DNA of 64,000 nucleotides, taken from contig SGZL01000005.1 of assembly GCA_004213955.1 (NCBI GenBank), positions 401 through 64,400 on the forward strand, written 5' to 3'. The DNA comes from Gammaproteobacteria bacterium (GTDB taxonomy: Bacteria > Pseudomonadota > Gammaproteobacteria > Magnimaribacterales > AG-339-G14). Below the pieces are notes generated by a model, which searched no databases, was not told the origin of the DNA, and was given only the letters and a program-made list of their open reading frames with translations. Positions 60,252-64,000 of this stretch are shown here, one piece after another (position 1 is the stretch's first letter; every line of letters starts with the position of its first letter). The translations under genes were made by a program, and so were the position numbers.

Positions 60252-61318
60252 GCTGATTTATTGAGTTTTTTTCTTCTAGTCTCTATGGCAGTCGAGAGTT
60301 GATTGAGCATTATTTCAGTATCTTTCCAACCTACGCAAGCATCCGTAACGCTTTGCCCATATTTAATCTGGTCTAGTGGTCCAATTTTTTGATTCCCTTC
60401 TTCTAAATGACTTTCTATCATCACCCCAAAAATTCGATCTTCTCCGGAAGAAATTTGATCAGAAATATCTTTGTTGACAATAAGTTGTCTTTTAAATTGC
60501 TTTTTGCTATTTCCATGGCTCATATCGATCATTACCGTGGAGGCTTTTTTAGCTTTATCTAATTCTTTAGAAGTTGAGTCGACAAAGGATGCTTCGTAAT
60601 TAGTGTCTGAACCACCTCTTAAAATTACATGACAATCCTCATTTCCAGAAGAATTAAAAATAGCAGATTTACCTTCTTTAGTTATGGAAAGGAAAATATG
60701 CGAATTAGAAGCTGAACCAATGGCGTCGATAGCAACTTGAATTGATCCGTTAGTAGAATTTTTAAAACCCACAGGACAAGATAAGCCAGAAGCTAACTCT
60801 CTGTGTATTTGACTTTCAGTTGTTCTAGCACCAATTGCTCCCCAAGAAATCAAGTCAGCAATGTATTGAGGGGTAATCATGTCTAAAAACTCAGTTCCAG
60901 CTGGTAATCCAAGATTATTAATGTCTAGAAGAACCTTTCTAGCTTTTCTTAATCCTAGGTTAACATCGAAGCTGTCATCAAGATTGGGGTCATTTATTAA
61001 ACCTTTCCAACCTACTGTAGTTCTAGGTTTTTCAAAATAGACTCTCATTACAATTTTAAGCTGATCACAGAACTTTGTTTCTAAGTTTTTAAGTCTTTTA
61101 GCATATTCAAAAGCTGATTTAGGGTCATGAATTGAACAGGGACCAACCACAACCACAAGCCTGTCATCATTACCATGTAGGATGTCAGAAATCTCTTTTC
61201 TTGATTTGAAAACAAGCTCAGAAGCCCCAGGCGAAATAGGCATCTCAGAAATTACCTCATTGGGAGGGGAGACCTCCATAAGTCCAGATATTCTGGTATT
61301 ATCAGTTAGGTATTGCAT
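60248..61318 (-). CDS. aroG: Class I DAHP synthase (AroG/AroF/AroH family)
   Basis: GPCSIHD, MRVYFEKPRTTVGWKGLIND, IGARTTESQIHRELASGLS, DMSHGNS, YGQSVTDAC. Confidence 0.93.
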   Translation of the reverse strand: MQYLTDNTRISGLMEVSPPNEVISEMPISPGASELVFKSRKEISDILHGNDDRLVVVVGPCSIHDPKSAFEYAKRLKNLETKFCDQLKIVMRVYFEKPRTTVGWKGLINDPNLDDSFDVNLGLRKARKVLLDINNLGLPAGTEFLDMITPQYIADLISWGAIGARTTESQIHRELASGLSCPVGFKNSTNGSIQVAIDAIGSASNSHIFLSITKEGKSAIFNSSGNEDCHVILRGGSDTNYEASFVDSTSKELDKAKKASTVMIDMSHGNSKKQFKRQLIVNKDISDQISSGEDRIFGVMIESHLEEGNQKIGPLDQIKYGQSVTDACVGWKDTEIMLNQLSTAIETRRKKLNKSA

Positions 61319-61375
61319 TGCTCAGAAGACTGATTGTAAACATTTTCATTTTAAATTAAAGCTTTTTAATAATTA

Positions 61376-62983
61376 ATGATCAAGATTAAGGCTATTCAAG
61401 AAAATCCTAAAGTAGGCGATATAAAAGGCAATACTTCACTTGTCGAAAACCATCTAAATTTAGCTAAAAAGGAAGGCATAGATCTGTTAGTTTTTTCTGA
61501 AATGTTTTTGTCAGGATATCCACCAGAAGATTTAGTCATGAGAGAAGATTTTCTTGACGAGATACAGAAATCAATTGAGCAAATAATGCCCCAGACAGAT
61601 GGAATTTCTTTAATTTTTGGGGCTCCTTTGAAGAAAAATAATACTTTGTTCAATGCTGCTATTTTTTTACAAGACGGTAATTTAAAAGATACTTACTTCA
61701 AACAAATATTACCCAACTATAAAGAATTTGATGAAAAGAGGTATTTTGCAACAGGAAGTGAAAACAAAATTATCAACGTTAATGAAGTTTCTATAGGCCT
61801 TTCAATTTGCGAGGACATCTGGTCTGAAACATTTGTAGACAAAATAATAGATGATGGAGCTGAAATAATATTGAATTTAAGCGCTTCACCATTCACAACA
61901 TCAAAGAAAGAAACCCGCGTAAAAATGCTACTTGAATATTATGAAAAATATAAGCGTCCTATAATTTACGTAAACCAAGCTGGAGGCCAAGATGAGTTAG
62001 TTTTCGATGGTTCATCGCTAGTATTAGGCAATGAAAAAGAAACTTTCAAAATTTTAAAAAGCTTCAAAACTGATTCTCTCTCTTTTATGTACAAAGATAC
62101 AAAATTTATTTTTGAAAACTCTGAGTCTGAAGCTAAGCCAGACAAATTAGAGGATATTTATAAAGCTTTGGTTTTAGGAACCAAGGACTATGTTCAAAAA
62201 AATGGTTTCAACGGAGTAATTATAGGATCTTCAGGAGGAATTGATTCAGCTTTAACAACGGTTATAGCGCATGACGCTTTAGGAAAGGAAAAAGTAAAAA
62301 CAATCATGATGCCATTTGATTTTACGGCTGATATAAGCATTGAAGATGCATATGAGCTAGCCAAAAACTTGGGAATAAACCATTCTGAAATCTCAATTAA
62401 AGAAATGTTTGAATCTTTCAGTAAAAGTTTAAGCGAATCTTTTGAGGGTCTAAAAACTGATAAAACCGAAGAAAATTTACAATCAAGATGCAGAGGAGTA
62501 ACTTTAATGGCCTTGTCAAATAAATTGGGTTATTTGGTGCTTACTACTGGCAACAAGAGTGAAGCCGCTGTTGGCTACTCTACTCTTTATGGAGATACGG
62601 CGGGAGGGTTTTCAGTTCTTAAAGATGTGAGCAAGACTTTAGTTTATCAACTGTCGACATATAGAAATACTATCTCGAAGGTAATTCCGCAAAGAATAAT
62701 AGACAGACCTCCCTCTGCAGAACTTGCTCCAGATCAAAAGGATACCGACTCCTTACCCGATTACGATCGATTGGATCCAATTATTGAGATGTACGTAGAA
62801 AAAGATAAAAGTATTCAAGAAATTATTAACAAAGGTTTTGACGAAGTTGAAGTAAGGAGAATAATCTCTCTGATTGATTTTAATGAATATAAAAGGCGTC
62901 AAGCTCCTTTAGGAATAAAAATTTCTGATAGAAATTTTGGAAAAGATCGAAGATATCCTATTACGAATGCTTGGAAACCCTAA
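61376..62983 (+). CDS. nadE: Glutamine-dependent NAD+ synthetase
   Basis: Nitrilase triad (FSE, YFKQILPNY, ICEDIW) plus SGGIDS, ENLQSR, TTGNKSE, PPSAEL, NEYKRRQ. Confidence 0.95.
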   Translation: MIKIKAIQENPKVGDIKGNTSLVENHLNLAKKEGIDLLVFSEMFLSGYPPEDLVMREDFLDEIQKSIEQIMPQTDGISLIFGAPLKKNNTLFNAAIFLQDGNLKDTYFKQILPNYKEFDEKRYFATGSENKIINVNEVSIGLSICEDIWSETFVDKIIDDGAEIILNLSASPFTTSKKETRVKMLLEYYEKYKRPIIYVNQAGGQDELVFDGSSLVLGNEKETFKILKSFKTDSLSFMYKDTKFIFENSESEAKPDKLEDIYKALVLGTKDYVQKNGFNGVIIGSSGGIDSALTTVIAHDALGKEKVKTIMMPFDFTADISIEDAYELAKNLGINHSEISIKEMFESFSKSLSESFEGLKTDKTEENLQSRCRGVTLMALSNKLGYLVLTTGNKSEAAVGYSTLYGDTAGGFSVLKDVSKTLVYQLSTYRNTISKVIPQRIIDRPPSAELAPDQKDTDSLPDYDRLDPIIEMYVEKDKSIQEIINKGFDEVEVRRIISLIDFNEYKRRQAPLGIKISDRNFGKDRRYPITNAWKP

Positions 62984-63056
62984 ATGTAGTATTAAATTTC
63001 TTTTTAAGCACTATATGATGGGCAAAATAGCTTAAAAAGCTTATAATTCAGCGAAT

Positions 63057-63872
63057 ATGGATGATTCAGTTGAATTGAAACCATTACAGCAAGAATTTAA
63101 TCTGGCCTTATTAAATGGCGAGGAAATATCTTTCGCCGCTGATGATCTATACATCCCACCAAACGCCTTAAAGATATTCCTAGAATCTTTTGAGGGACCA
63201 TTAGATTTACTTTTATATTTTATTAGAAAACAAAACTTAGATATTTTAGACATTAACGTGCTAGAAATTACTAACCAATATGTACGTTATATCGATTTAA
63301 TGGAAAAGATTCAATTTGATTTAGCCGGCGAATATCTAGTAATGGCAGCTTATCTTACTGAGATTAAGTCAAGAATGATGCTGCCTAAAGAAACAGACTC
63401 CGAAGAGGAAGAAAATGATCCTCGCTCAGAATTGATAAGAAGACTCCAAGAATACGAGCGATATAAAACAGCCTCAAAAAGTTTAGATTTGATGCCAAGA
63501 GCTGGGAGAGATTTTTACGTTGCTTCTTCAGCATTGCCGGATTTCGAATCAAGTAAAAATTTACCGGATGTTGATTTAGAGCAGCTTTCAAATGTATTTG
63601 CAGAATTAATTCAAAGACAAAAACTTTCAGCAAGTCACATCATAGAATTTGAAAAGCTTTCTACGAGAGAGAAAATGTCTCAAATATTAGATTTGTTAAT
63701 CAAAGAAAAGAATATTGAGTTTCATAGGTTGTGTAATACCAAAGAGGGAAAAATAGGAATTATCGTCAACTTTTTAGCCTTATTGGAGCTGGTTAAAGAT
63801 TCTTTAATAAGAATTATCCAATCGAAAGATTATGGAATTATTAATCTATCCACAAAAGAAGAGGTGCATTAA
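63057..63872 (+). CDS. scpA: Segregation and condensation protein A (kleisin)
   Basis: FEGPLDLLLY, EYLVMAA, IKSRMMLP, DPRSELIRRLQEYE, FLALLELVK. Confidence 0.95.
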   Translation: MDDSVELKPLQQEFNLALLNGEEISFAADDLYIPPNALKIFLESFEGPLDLLLYFIRKQNLDILDINVLEITNQYVRYIDLMEKIQFDLAGEYLVMAAYLTEIKSRMMLPKETDSEEEENDPRSELIRRLQEYERYKTASKSLDLMPRAGRDFYVASSALPDFESSKNLPDVDLEQLSNVFAELIQRQKLSASHIIEFEKLSTREKMSQILDLLIKEKNIEFHRLCNTKEGKIGIIVNFLALLELVKDSLIRIIQSKDYGIINLSTKEEVH

Positions 63873-64000
63873 TTGATAGAGCTTGAAAATATTCTTGAAT
63901 CACTTTATTTTTCCGCTTCTCGACCAATTAGCACATCAGAAGTCTTAAAAATATTAGACGATCCTAATTACGATCTTAAGGCAATTAAGGAGGCAATTTT
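63873..64000 (+). CDS. scpB: Segregation and condensation protein B, truncated by the window end
   Basis: Translated by hand from TTG 63873: MIELENILESLLFSASRPIS..., the ScpB N-terminal (I/L)EA(L/I)LF...P motif; immediately after scpA. Confidence 0.8.
   Translation, partial: MIELENILESLYFSASRPISTSEVLKILDDPNYDLKAIKEAI

Noticed and set aside
2539-63633. Numerous 60-115 aa ORFs in the track nested in or antisense to assigned genes
   Set aside because: All overlap well-supported CDSs and lack motifs; treated as shadow ORFs.
1-64000. tRNA, rRNA, CRISPR array, IS or toxin-antitoxin/defence systems
   Set aside because: Intergenic gaps are almost all under 220 bp and are explained by promoters and terminators; no repeat-spacer pattern, cloverleaf, transposase or nuclease motif was seen by eye.

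Overview
AT-rich, very gene-dense 64 kb chromosomal segment of a genome-streamlined gammaproteobacterium. Composition, overlapping genes, a Pseudomonas/Cellvibrionales-like core gene order and the Cys-looped TonB-dependent receptors suggest a marine SAR86-like lineage (inference). Most genes are housekeeping: cobST, cysE, tesB, gltBD, aroKB, mrcA, slmA-argB-algC, ilvE, panBC, lpxL-waaA, P-II, miaA-hflKC-hisZ-purA, glyA-nrdR-rib-nusB, nth, thiolase, thiL-pgpA, dxs-ispA-xseB, an RND pump, aroG, nadE and scpAB. I saw no rRNA, tRNA, CRISPR array, IS element or prophage. The most striking accessory locus is a four-gene cluster at 22200-25721 whose proteins carry the motifs I recall for the actinobacterial 3-O-methylmannose polysaccharide (MMP) pathway (ManT, MeT3, MmpH, MeT1). 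MMP is an acyl-CoA-binding polymethylated glycan that, to my knowledge, has been characterised only in mycobacteria and related Actinobacteria. Other notable items: tandem Cys-stapled TonB receptors whose 5' leaders carry several GGA-loop hairpins (CsrA/RsmA-like sites), a domesticated lambda O/P-like helicase-loader pair, a structured gltB leader, clean losses from conserved operons (pilMNOPQ, hfq-hflX, riboflavin synthase) and an apparent inversion separating nusB from thiL. All family assignments come from motif recognition, not database searches.
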